DNA from: an uncultured Bacteroidales bacterium
GTDB taxonomy: Bacteria; Bacteroidota; Bacteroidia; Bacteroidales; FEN-979
Reading direction: 5' to 3'
Assembly: GCA_903925275.1 (NCBI GenBank)
Contig: CAIYES010000181.1
Coordinates: 1 to 60,941, forward strand
DNA: 60,941 bases
A program made the translations under genes and the position numbers. Position 1 is the stretch's first letter. Every line of letters starts with the position of its first letter. Under the pieces are notes generated by a model. It was not told where the DNA came from and did not search any database. It saw only the letters and a list, made by a program, of their open reading frames with translations. Positions 37,869 through 46,609 of the stretch are shown here, one piece after another.

Positions 37869-39062
37869 TTGGAAGATATCTTATTAAATATCAATACACT
37901 GGCGGAATCATACAAAGACTTCACTGCCGCGAACCTTTCGAAACTCGTTAAAATAAAATCCTTCAGCACGCATGAACAGTCGGTGGCGGAAGAGTTGAAA
38001 CGTCAAATGCTGGAAGCCGGCTTTGATGAGGTTAGGGTTGATGGCCTGGGAAATGTAATCGGCCGGATCGGAACCGGTAAAAAGATACTGGCATTCGACG
38101 GCCATATCGACACAGTTGATGTTGGCAACCTTGTCAACTGGGACAGTGATCCCTTTTCGGGCGAAATTCGTGACGGCTTTGTTTACGGCCGCGGCACTGT
38201 TGACCAGAAAGGCGGCCCGGCCGCTTTTGTAACTGCAGGCCGCATCCTGAAGGATCTTGCTTTCGACCGCGACCTCACGATTTACTTCACAGGAACTGTT
38301 ATTGAGGAGGATTGCGACGGGTTATGCTGGAAATATCTGGTGGAGGAGGAAAAGATCATCCCCGATTTTGTGGTTATTACCGAGCCTACGAACCTGAATA
38401 TCTACAGGGGACAACGGGGCAGGATGGAGATTTCCGTTACCTTCAAGGGTATTTCCTCCCACGGATCAGCGCCCGAACGCGGTAAAAACGCGATTTATAT
38501 GGCTTCACGTGCCTGTCTTGAAGTTGAAAAACTGAATGAAAGGCTGAAATCCGACAATTTCCTGGGAAAAGGCAGTGTGACCATTTCGGAATTTGTATCA
38601 GGAAGTCCCTCTTTGTGTGCTGTGGCCGATTATGCGCGCATTCACCTCGATCGACGGCTCACCTGGGGCGAAACCAAAGAATCGGCCGTAGCTGAAATCA
38701 TGCAGATCGTGAACGATATGGATGCTGAGGTTAAGGTGCTCCAATACGAAGAGACAGCCTATACAGGTCTTCATTATGGCATGGAGAAATACTATCCTAC
38801 CTGGAAAATCGAAGAAGATCATCCTCTGGTGATCAGGGCGCAGGAGGCATTCGCCGGTATTTTCGGCAAGGAGCCCCTTACCGACAAATGGACCTTCTCC
38901 ACGAATGGCGTTACCATTAACGGTTACTACAAAATTCCATGCATTGGTTTTGGTCCCGGCAATGAGGTACTGGCCCATGCACCCAACGAAAAAGTGCCGG
39001 TGAGTGATCTGGTGGCTGCTTCGGCGTTTTATGCTGCACTGGCTTATTATTTATCGGAGTAA
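37869..39062 (+). CDS. ygeY: YgeY M20-family hydrolase
   Basis: DGHIDTV, GRGTVDQKGG, EEDCDG, YRGQRGR, KWTFSTNG and AHAPNE; TTG start. Confidence 0.92.
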   Translation: MEDILLNINTLAESYKDFTAANLSKLVKIKSFSTHEQSVAEELKRQMLEAGFDEVRVDGLGNVIGRIGTGKKILAFDGHIDTVDVGNLVNWDSDPFSGEIRDGFVYGRGTVDQKGGPAAFVTAGRILKDLAFDRDLTIYFTGTVIEEDCDGLCWKYLVEEEKIIPDFVVITEPTNLNIYRGQRGRMEISVTFKGISSHGSAPERGKNAIYMASRACLEVEKLNERLKSDNFLGKGSVTISEFVSGSPSLCAVADYARIHLDRRLTWGETKESAVAEIMQIVNDMDAEVKVLQYEETAYTGLHYGMEKYYPTWKIEEDHPLVIRAQEAFAGIFGKEPLTDKWTFSTNGVTINGYYKIPCIGFGPGNEVLAHAPNEKVPVSDLVAASAFYAALAYYLSE

Positions 39063-39098
39063 TGAAATAGATGCTCCCCGATTGAAACAATCAAACTT

Positions 39099-40289
39099 AT
39101 GAATCAATCAATCAACAATCTGAGGACAAAAGCCGGAGCATTATCTTCCGGACTGTATGGCAAAGATTTCCTCCTCACCTGGGAAAAGAGCCTTGAAGAC
39201 CTCGGTACCATATTAACCGTAGCAGAAGATCTGAAATTGCTCCGCGACCAGAATATCTCTTCGCGCTGTTTCGACTCCGGACTTGCTATCTCCCAGTTTC
39301 GGGATAATTCCACGCGTACCCGTTTTTCATTTGCCTCCGCTGCCAACCTGCTTGGTCTTGCCGTCCAGGATCTTGATGAAGGCAAATCACAGATCGCCCA
39401 TGGTGAAACCGTGCGCGAAACCTCTGCCATGATATCCTTTTTGAGCGACATCATCGGCATCCGTGACGATATGTTCCTTGGAGCCGGAAATGCCTTCATG
39501 CGCGAGGTAGGCACCGCCCTCGACGAAGCCTTTGCCGATGGGGTATTGCCTCAACGCCCGGGGATTATCAATCTGCAATGCGACATTGACCATCCTACCC
39601 AGAGTATGGCTGATTTGTTACATCTGAAATCGGTTTTCGGTTCGCTGGAAAGTTTAAAAGGCAAAAAAATCGCCATGACCTGGGCCTATTCCCCGAGCTA
39701 CGGCAAGCCGCTCTCGGTTCCGCAGGGCATCATCGGACTCATGACCCGGCTTGGCATGCAGGTTGATCTTGCCTTCCCCGAAGGTTACGGGCTCATCCCC
39801 GAAGTGGTTGAATTGGCAGGGAAGCAGGCAACTGAGCATGGCGGTAATTTCCGTTTGGTCAATTCCATGGAAGAGGCATTCACGGATGCCGATATTGTTT
39901 ACCCGAAAAGCTGGGCCCCATTCAATGTAATGCAGCAGCGCACCAAGCTCCTCCGCAACAACGATCATCCTGGCCTGAAAGGGCTGGAGCAGGAGTGCCT
40001 GGCCAACAATGCCCGTTATAAAAACTGGGAATGCACCGAAGAAAAGATGAAACTCACCAAAAACGGGAATGCATTATACCTGCATTGCCTTCCAGCCGAT
40101 ATTTCAGGAGTTTCATGCAAGGAGGGAGAAGTGGCAGCAACCGTGTTTGAACGTTATCGCATACCTCTTTACAAACAGGCAGGGTTCAAGCCCTACATCA
40201 TTGCTGCGATGATCCTTACGAACCGGTTTCAAAATCCGGCGGATGTACTCAGGAATCTGGAACAACGGGGGAGAAACAGGGTTTTATAA
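39099..40289 (+). CDS. ygeW: YgeW knotted carbamoyltransferase
   Basis: FRDNSTRTR, LQCDIDHPTQ, WAYSPSYGKPLSVPQG and HCLPAD. Confidence 0.95.
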   Translation: MNQSINNLRTKAGALSSGLYGKDFLLTWEKSLEDLGTILTVAEDLKLLRDQNISSRCFDSGLAISQFRDNSTRTRFSFASAANLLGLAVQDLDEGKSQIAHGETVRETSAMISFLSDIIGIRDDMFLGAGNAFMREVGTALDEAFADGVLPQRPGIINLQCDIDHPTQSMADLLHLKSVFGSLESLKGKKIAMTWAYSPSYGKPLSVPQGIIGLMTRLGMQVDLAFPEGYGLIPEVVELAGKQATEHGGNFRLVNSMEEAFTDADIVYPKSWAPFNVMQQRTKLLRNNDHPGLKGLEQECLANNARYKNWECTEEKMKLTKNGNALYLHCLPADISGVSCKEGEVAATVFERYRIPLYKQAGFKPYIIAAMILTNRFQNPADVLRNLEQRGRNRVL

Positions 40290-41621
40290 ATTCTGATTAA
40301 CGATTTTCCCGTTTAGGATCACGGTTTCAGGACGTCCATGGATATGAAAGCCTTCGTAGATTTCTGAATCACAGTTTTGAACATGATTATTCACTGAGAT
40401 AGTGCCTGTGTATTCTGGATCCCAGATCACGATGTCACCATCGTACCCGGGAAGCAGCTTGCCTTTCCGGTGGCCGAATCCAAAGATTTCCGCCGGACGG
40501 GCAGAGATCAGGTTCACAAACTGGTTTATCGTGATCTTATTGGTCAACACGCCATAAGTGTAAAGCAAACTCATACGATGTTCAATACTGCCGGCACCAT
40601 TGGGGATTTTGGTAAAATCATTTAATCCCTGGTCTTTCTGTCCGTTCAGATTAAAAGGGCAATGGTCTGTAGCCACCACATCGATCGTGGCATCCGACAG
40701 CCCCTTCCAGAGCCGCTGCTGATCAGTTTTTCGGCGTATGGGCGGGGATACGATGTAAGGCATCACCTCAAGGTTGTCACGCCGGGCATCATAAACAGAA
40801 TCATCCAGCAAGAGGTAGTGCGGGCAGGTTTCGCCAAAAACCCTGATCCCATCTCTCTTTGCCGCAGCAATGGCATCGGTGCCCTGCATGGTCGACGTAT
40901 GCACGATGTACACCGGGCAGTTTGTCTTAACCGATAATCCGATAACCTTTTCGATGGCACGGATTTCAGTCTCCGACGGATGCGACAATGCGTGGTAATA
41001 GGCCCGTGACTTGTGGTTGTGAAGGAACTCCTGCTGTAACCTGGTGATCATTTCCCCGTCTTCGCAGTGTACCATTACCAATCCTCCGGCCGGTCCCACG
41101 GTGTGCATGAGTTGTTGTAATTCATCCAGGCTGATGCCGATAGATTCGCGATAGGCCAGGTAGGCCTTGAACGAAGTGATCCCTTCTTTTTCAATGCATG
41201 GAATGATCTCAGCCTCAATCTCCGGATTCCATTCGCTGATACCCATGTGAAGCCCATACCCGGTAAGGCTTGAGGCAGCTTCATTCCGCCTTGAGCGTAA
41301 AGCTTCCATCAGCGACTGTCCGCGAATGGGGGTAACAAAGTCCATAAAAAAAGTCGTTCCACCGGCCAGGGCTGCCATGCTCCCCGACCGGAAATCGTCG
41401 CATGAATTCCCTGCAGGTGTTGGTAACGCAAAATGCACATGCGGGTCAAATCCTCCGGGGATGACATATTTTCCGGAAGCATCGATCACCCGGGAGCCGG
41501 GAAATAAATCAGGATCAAGGATCCCACGCACCGTTATGACGCCATCTTCAACGGATAGATCTTCCCTCCGGCTTGTTTCAGCCGTGACGAGGGTGCCATT
41601 TATTATCAGAAGGTGATTCAT
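40284..41621 (-). CDS. hydA: Dihydropyrimidinase / D-hydantoinase (HyuA-like)
   Basis: DPHVH, GGTT, SFKAY, VHCE, ETCPHYL, TDHCPF and IPNG. Confidence 0.9.
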   Translation of the reverse strand: MNHLLIINGTLVTAETSRREDLSVEDGVITVRGILDPDLFPGSRVIDASGKYVIPGGFDPHVHFALPTPAGNSCDDFRSGSMAALAGGTTFFMDFVTPIRGQSLMEALRSRRNEAASSLTGYGLHMGISEWNPEIEAEIIPCIEKEGITSFKAYLAYRESIGISLDELQQLMHTVGPAGGLVMVHCEDGEMITRLQQEFLHNHKSRAYYHALSHPSETEIRAIEKVIGLSVKTNCPVYIVHTSTMQGTDAIAAAKRDGIRVFGETCPHYLLLDDSVYDARRDNLEVMPYIVSPPIRRKTDQQRLWKGLSDATIDVVATDHCPFNLNGQKDQGLNDFTKIPNGAGSIEHRMSLLYTYGVLTNKITINQFVNLISARPAEIFGFGHRKGKLLPGYDGDIVIWDPEYTGTISVNNHVQNCDSEIYEGFHIHGRPETVILNGKIVNQNL

Positions 41622-42979
41622 TTACCCATGCGTTGCCAGAGTCGTTTTGCCTGTAAAATGGATTCATCGATGATTGCTTTTTCATCCACCGTTACGATTT
41701 TTCCATCCTTCACGATTAGTCTTCCCTGTGAGATCACATGGGTTACCTGCCCGGACTCAATGCCAAAAAGAAAATGACCAAAAAAATTATCCCGGTTAAA
41801 TGGGGTTGGCGTATCATAGTCAAACACAACCAGGTTATTGTCGCTATCACCTTCAAAACCATTTGAATGAAGATAGTGGTGGACATTCCTGAAACGACGG
41901 TAGGTTTCGCCATAATCAATAGTGTCGAAATCGTGACCGGCAAAAAAGGCTGATCTGGCGCTGCGCAGCATGTCGCTGTGCATGCCATCGGTACCGAACA
42001 TGATCCTTTTTCCAAGATTTTTCGAGTTAAAGAGCCCGACCGAATTATTCAGGTTGCTTTCCATGTTCTGTACTACCCAGGCTGGTGAGCCTTCGATCAG
42101 CCCACGTTCGTGGCTATTGAGATGCAGGCAATGAGCCAGAATTGTTTTCGGAAATTGCAAGGCCCCGGCATCCCCCAGGCGTTCGACAACACGTTGATGG
42201 TATTGTTCAACACACTGTTCTTCGTCGGATTTATCCTCAGCAACGTGAATGTGAATCCCGGAATTTGTCCGGACGGCAAGGTCAACCGCCTGCTTCAGCG
42301 TATGTTCCCCAACTGTGAACGATGCGTGCAACCCTACAAGTCCTTGTCGTTTTGATAGATACCCGGCTGTCTCTGTAAGTCCTTTTGCCGCAATATCCAA
42401 CCCATCACGATCGGAGATTTCATAGCACAAAAGGTGTCCGACCCCGACTTCATCAAAAGCTGCTGCAATAGTACGGAGGCTGTCTTCAACGGCAAAAGGC
42501 GAAGCATGATGATCGATAACGAAGGTGACTCCCCGCTTTGCGCAAGCCATCGCCGTGACCAGAGCGCAGCACCGGATTATATCAAGATCAAGCGACTTGT
42601 CAAGATTCCACCAGATATACTGAAGGATTTCCCGGAAATTTTCAGGATTTTTTTTTGGCGCCGGCATCCCGCGTGCCAGTGCCGAGTATGCATGGTGATG
42701 CCCGTTGGCAAAGGATTTGGTAATGAATTTCCCGGTACAGTCGATTATCCTTTCCATGCTTTGCTCTGGAGCCTCCCCTCTCCCTCCGGGAGAGGGGCTG
42801 GGGGTGAGGGGGTTTGAACCGGGAGAGGGGCTGGGGGTGAGGGGGTTTAATCCCGGAGAAAGGCCAGAATCGCGTGATAACCGGAAAGTACCATTAACCC
42901 CGGGTTCTACCAGGATATCCGTTTTCAGGAATTCAAGGGTTTGCCAGTCGATGAAAGTGCCATGCTTTAAAAGGATCAT
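41618..42979 (-). CDS. ssnA: SsnA amidohydrolase with a Pro-rich in-frame insertion
   Basis: H.H.YS.LARG, DHHAS, GLHASFT, HIHVAE, ESN.NN.VG and GTDG; own TACCTTTG box at 42998-43005 (minus strand). Confidence 0.88.
   Translation of the reverse strand: MILLKHGTFIDWQTLEFLKTDILVEPGVNGTFRLSRDSGLSPGLNPLTPSPSPGSNPLTPSPSPGGRGEAPEQSMERIIDCTGKFITKSFANGHHHAYSALARGMPAPKKNPENFREILQYIWWNLDKSLDLDIIRCCALVTAMACAKRGVTFVIDHHASPFAVEDSLRTIAAAFDEVGVGHLLCYEISDRDGLDIAAKGLTETAGYLSKRQGLVGLHASFTVGEHTLKQAVDLAVRTNSGIHIHVAEDKSDEEQCVEQYHQRVVERLGDAGALQFPKTILAHCLHLNSHERGLIEGSPAWVVQNMESNLNNSVGLFNSKNLGKRIMFGTDGMHSDMLRSARSAFFAGHDFDTIDYGETYRRFRNVHHYLHSNGFEGDSDNNLVVFDYDTPTPFNRDNFFGHFLFGIESGQVTHVISQGRLIVKDGKIVTVDEKAIIDESILQAKRLWQRMGK
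42773..42848. repeat. REP-like hairpin with a tandem duplication (30-bp identical units, 33-bp period) inside ssnA
   Basis: CCCCTCTCCC-TCC-GGGAGAGGGG (42775-42797); CCGGGAGAGGGGCTGGGGGTGAGGGGGTTT at 42786-42815 and 42819-42848. Confidence 0.9.
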
Positions 42980-43115
42980 AGGGCATAAAATCTATTCCAA
43001 AGGTAGTGAGAATGCTTTACGCCATGAAAAAATTACTGACAGATGTAAAGATCACTTCGCCGAAAAATTATTACCGCGAACCGGCAAACTGGAAAAAACC
43101 TGATCAGGATGACAT

Positions 43116-45893
43116 TTATCTTTTCATTGGCAACCGTTTCCGCCGGATGCCGTCAAATTGAAACAAGGCATTGGCTACAGCAGCGGCGGTTGGAACCAAC
43201 CCGATCTCACCGATGCCTTTGGCTCCGTATGGGCCAACGGGGTCGGCCACCTCAACTCCTATTACTTCGATTTCCGGTGTATGTTGGGCATTCAAGACTC
43301 CGCAATCGGATAAGTTCGCGCTAACCAGCCGGCTCTTATTCATCGGCAGATCTTCGGTAAGGGCATAGCCCAGACCCATGTGCACCGCTCCCTGGATCTG
43401 TCCCTCAAACAACATAGGATTCATGATCTTACCTGCATCATGGGCAGCATAAACCTTTTCAATTTCACCTTTTTCATCGAGTACGACAAGTTGAGCTGCA
43501 TATCCATACGAATAATGGGTGACAACTTTCTCAACATCTGCACCGGGTTTGGTGGTCCAATCGCAATAATATTTTCCGGGATATATCTTTCCACTCAATC
43601 CTTTCAGGACATCCCGACGAACCGGTTGTTTTTCTAAGAAGGATACTTTCAGTATGTTATCCGGATTGTGATCAGCCTGTAAAGCCCTGATTTGTTCAAT
43701 ATCCCTGCAAATTGCTTTGGAAGCATCAATGATCGCATTTCCAAGCAAGGCAGTAGCCCGCGAAGATGTTGTCATGCCCGTAGGTAAGCCTGCAATCGTA
43801 TCAACCACAACATCGATCAATGATACATCAATACCGGTCTCCTGGTGAAGTGTCTGGATGGCCATGTTTTGCACTCCCTGTCCCATCTCTGTCCAGCCAT
43901 GCTCAATGCGCACCCTGCCTGCCGGTAAAACGGTAATCCTGACATCGCAAAAATCGGTCATCCCGTTCCCGACACCCGAGTTCTTTATTCCGCAGGCCAA
44001 CCCTGCATATTTTGCTGCATAAAAATGATCCTTCAGAGCAAGAAGACAGGCTTTAACACCCACACCTGCTACCAATACCTGGCCGGTTGCAGTCATTTTA
44101 CCATTCTCAAGGGCATTGTCGAACCGGAATTTCCAACGGTCGAAATTACCTTTTGTGCACAGTTCGTCGATGCAGCTTTCCAAAGCAAAGGCAACCTGGT
44201 TGGCGCCAAAGCCACGCATGGCCCCCGACGGGATGTTGTTGGTGTAAACAGTCAGTGATTCAACATCCACCGAAGTAATATGATATCCGCCACAGGCATG
44301 GCCTGCCACGCGCTCCATCACCTTGGTGCCTACCGAGGCATATGCGCCGGTATCGCCGATTGCGTTCAGTTGCAATGCCGTAAGGATACCCTTGTCATCA
44401 CAGGCCAGCGAAATATCCATCCATACTGGATGACGCTTGGGGTGCATCGCGATCGATTCTTCCCGCGAGAGGTGCAGCTTCACCGGTTGTTGAAGGAGAA
44501 AAGCAAAAAGGGACGCATGCCCCTGAACAGTCATATCCTCGCGCCCCCCGAAGCCTCCGCCACATGGCACCAGGGTTACACGTACCTGGTCTTCATCCAG
44601 TCCAAGCAATGAAGCCACCTGCCGCTGATCGACATAGATGCCTTGTCCCTGGCTGTAGAGATGGATTCCTTTTTCAGCCGGTAGCGCCAGTGCAGCCTCG
44701 GTTTCCAGGAAAGCGTGTTCAATGCGCTGTGTTTCATAAATCCCAGAGGTCAGATAAGTTGAATGGTTAAAAACTTCACCAACAGGATCCCCCCTGCGAA
44801 CCACGCATTTTTCCAGGAGGTTTGATTTCCCGGGATGTACCTGAGCCGAACCTGGTGTAAGGGCCGATTTTGTGTCCGATACAGGCTCAAGTACTTCATA
44901 TTCAACCCGGATCAACTTTGCAGCCCTGCGTGCCCGATTTTCATCAACTGCCACCACTCCCGCGATAACATCGCCGATGTACCGTGTAATTTCCCCCGGG
45001 GAGATCATCAACGGCCAATCATTGAAAATAAGTCCGGTAAAACGCTCTCCGGGAATATCGGATGCTGTGAAAATCCTGACCACCCCATCTGCTTTTAATG
45101 CCTCCGAAATGTCAATTGAAACAACCCTGGCACGTGGATGATCACTGAATCGAAGGGCACCGTGCAACATCCCATTGACCTGCATATCATTGATAAATTC
45201 ACGTTTCCCTATAGCGGTTTCATACGCTTCATATTTTGCCAGCGATTCACCGATTCCTGCCGGTAACACGAAGGGATTATCTTCAATGTTGGCAGAACCA
45301 TGCACAGTGGCTGCTGCTGCCGGATGTTTTTCCCCTTGTGAAGGACCTGGTCCGGTGGCTAACAATGAAATTTCCTGTATTGTTTGCGGCTGTCCGGTGT
45401 ATTCGCTTTGTGAGATAAGTGTCGGTGAAGAAGGTTCGCGAAGGTTTTTCAGTGCGGTTTCGATGGCATCGACAATTTTCACATAGCCTGTACACCGGCA
45501 AAGGTTCAGGTTGATTGCTTTTTTGATCTGTTCCCGGTTAGGATTGGGATTTTCCTGAAACAACACTTTTGTGCGCATAATCAACCCCGGAGTGCAAAAC
45601 CCGCACTGCACTGCACCTTTTTCAATGTATGCCATGGCAATGACGTCGCGCACTTCCCCAGGAATGCCCTCCATGGTTATGACCTGGGCACCATCCAAGA
45701 ATTTCATCTTCCGGGTACAGGATAATTTTGCTTTACCATTGAGCTCAACCATGCAGGCACCACAGGCCGCCTGGCCCGAGCAACCGTCTTTGACGGATGT
45801 AATTCCTGCTGTCTCCCGCAGATAATGCAGCAACGTCAGGCTTTCGTCTCCGGTGTACTCAATTTTCCGGTGATTCAGGGTAAATGCAACCAT
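43116..45893 (-). CDS. xdh: Selenium-dependent xanthine-dehydrogenase-family molybdenum hydroxylase (2Fe-2S + Moco, no FAD domain)
   Basis: KDGCSGQAACGAC, QCGFC, CRCTGY, EHAFLE, AMRGFG, TTSSR, HYSYGYAAQ and AKGIGE; context with ssnA/ygfK. Confidence 0.88.
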   Translation of the reverse strand: MVAFTLNHRKIEYTGDESLTLLHYLRETAGITSVKDGCSGQAACGACMVELNGKAKLSCTRKMKFLDGAQVITMEGIPGEVRDVIAMAYIEKGAVQCGFCTPGLIMRTKVLFQENPNPNREQIKKAINLNLCRCTGYVKIVDAIETALKNLREPSSPTLISQSEYTGQPQTIQEISLLATGPGPSQGEKHPAAAATVHGSANIEDNPFVLPAGIGESLAKYEAYETAIGKREFINDMQVNGMLHGALRFSDHPRARVVSIDISEALKADGVVRIFTASDIPGERFTGLIFNDWPLMISPGEITRYIGDVIAGVVAVDENRARRAAKLIRVEYEVLEPVSDTKSALTPGSAQVHPGKSNLLEKCVVRRGDPVGEVFNHSTYLTSGIYETQRIEHAFLETEAALALPAEKGIHLYSQGQGIYVDQRQVASLLGLDEDQVRVTLVPCGGGFGGREDMTVQGHASLFAFLLQQPVKLHLSREESIAMHPKRHPVWMDISLACDDKGILTALQLNAIGDTGAYASVGTKVMERVAGHACGGYHITSVDVESLTVYTNNIPSGAMRGFGANQVAFALESCIDELCTKGNFDRWKFRFDNALENGKMTATGQVLVAGVGVKACLLALKDHFYAAKYAGLACGIKNSGVGNGMTDFCDVRITVLPAGRVRIEHGWTEMGQGVQNMAIQTLHQETGIDVSLIDVVVDTIAGLPTGMTTSSRATALLGNAIIDASKAICRDIEQIRALQADHNPDNILKVSFLEKQPVRRDVLKGLSGKIYPGKYYCDWTTKPGADVEKVVTHYSYGYAAQLVVLDEKGEIEKVYAAHDAGKIMNPMLFEGQIQGAVHMGLGYALTEDLPMNKSRLVSANLSDCGVLNAQHTPEIEVIGVEVADPVGPYGAKGIGEIGLVPTAAAVANALFQFDGIRRKRLPMKR

Positions 45894-45919
45894 GTATAAA
45901 TTTGTTTGATAAGCATTTT

Positions 45920-46264
45920 TTATCTTTTCTCAAACACATAGTCCGTAATGGTGAATGCATCGCTTCCTCCACTGCTTGATGTTATCAGGGTGTATCCCTT
46001 GTTTTTTAGCTCCTTTAAGGCTGAGGCAATTTTCAGCACATTATTCTCTTGTGTTTTCGGTCTCATAACTTCAAGTTCGGTCATTTTAAGAATCTCGTTC
46101 CCGTCCGAAATAATAATTTTGGATGCATACATGGAATTTACGGACTCGAAAGTCCGGACAAGAATCAGACTTTCCTCACCGGAGCCCGATTTGAAAGACA
46201 TCAGCACAAATATCAAGCTAACAATTGATGTAGCTATAAGACTGGTAATGACTGTTTTTTTCAT
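45920..46264 (-). CDS. Small hypothetical protein with an N-terminal hydrophobic anchor, interrupting the catabolic gene run
   Basis: ORF with signal/TM segment; C-terminal L..KGY.L......G....Y.F.K. Confidence 0.6.
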   Translation of the reverse strand: MKKTVITSLIATSIVSLIFVLMSFKSGSGEESLILVRTFESVNSMYASKIIISDGNEILKMTELEVMRPKTQENNVLKIASALKELKNKGYTLITSSSGGSDAFTITDYVFEKR

Positions 46265-46386
46265 GGTTTTCAAATTTTAATATTGGTTTTTAGTTGGTTT
46301 GCCCTTATTAATATACTATGAACGGGATAAATTTATGCATTTTGATTTAAGCATATTGATTAACGATAGACCGGCCATACTCACTA

Positions 46387-46580
46387 TAGCTCTGAAAGAG
46401 CTAAATCTGAATAACCATGGGCATTGCCCATGATAATTATAACGATTACCAAATCAGCCCCGAAGGGGTTAAATCTCATCATTTGTATCGAAATATTCAA
46501 CCCCTTCTGGGCTGTGGTTTTTCACCATGCTAAACCGAGGGTTTCTCCCACGGTTATTGATATTTAGCCACTTCGCGGCA
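46387..46580. repeat. Inverted pair of ~90-bp composite REP units (REPIN/BIME-like)
   Basis: Unit 1 TAGCTCTGAAAGAGCTAAATCTGAATAACCATGGG...AGCCCCGAAGGGGTTAAAT; the reverse complement of 46492-46580 reads GCCGCGAAGTGGCTAAATATCAATAACCGTGGG...AGCCCAGAAGGGGTTGAAT. Confidence 0.8.
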
Positions 46581-46609
46581 ACGCTGTTACTCATTTTGAA
46601 AGTACTAAC

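Noticed and set aside
46387-46580. CRISPR array
   Set aside because: The units are inverted and degenerate, with no identical direct repeats, unique spacers or cas genes
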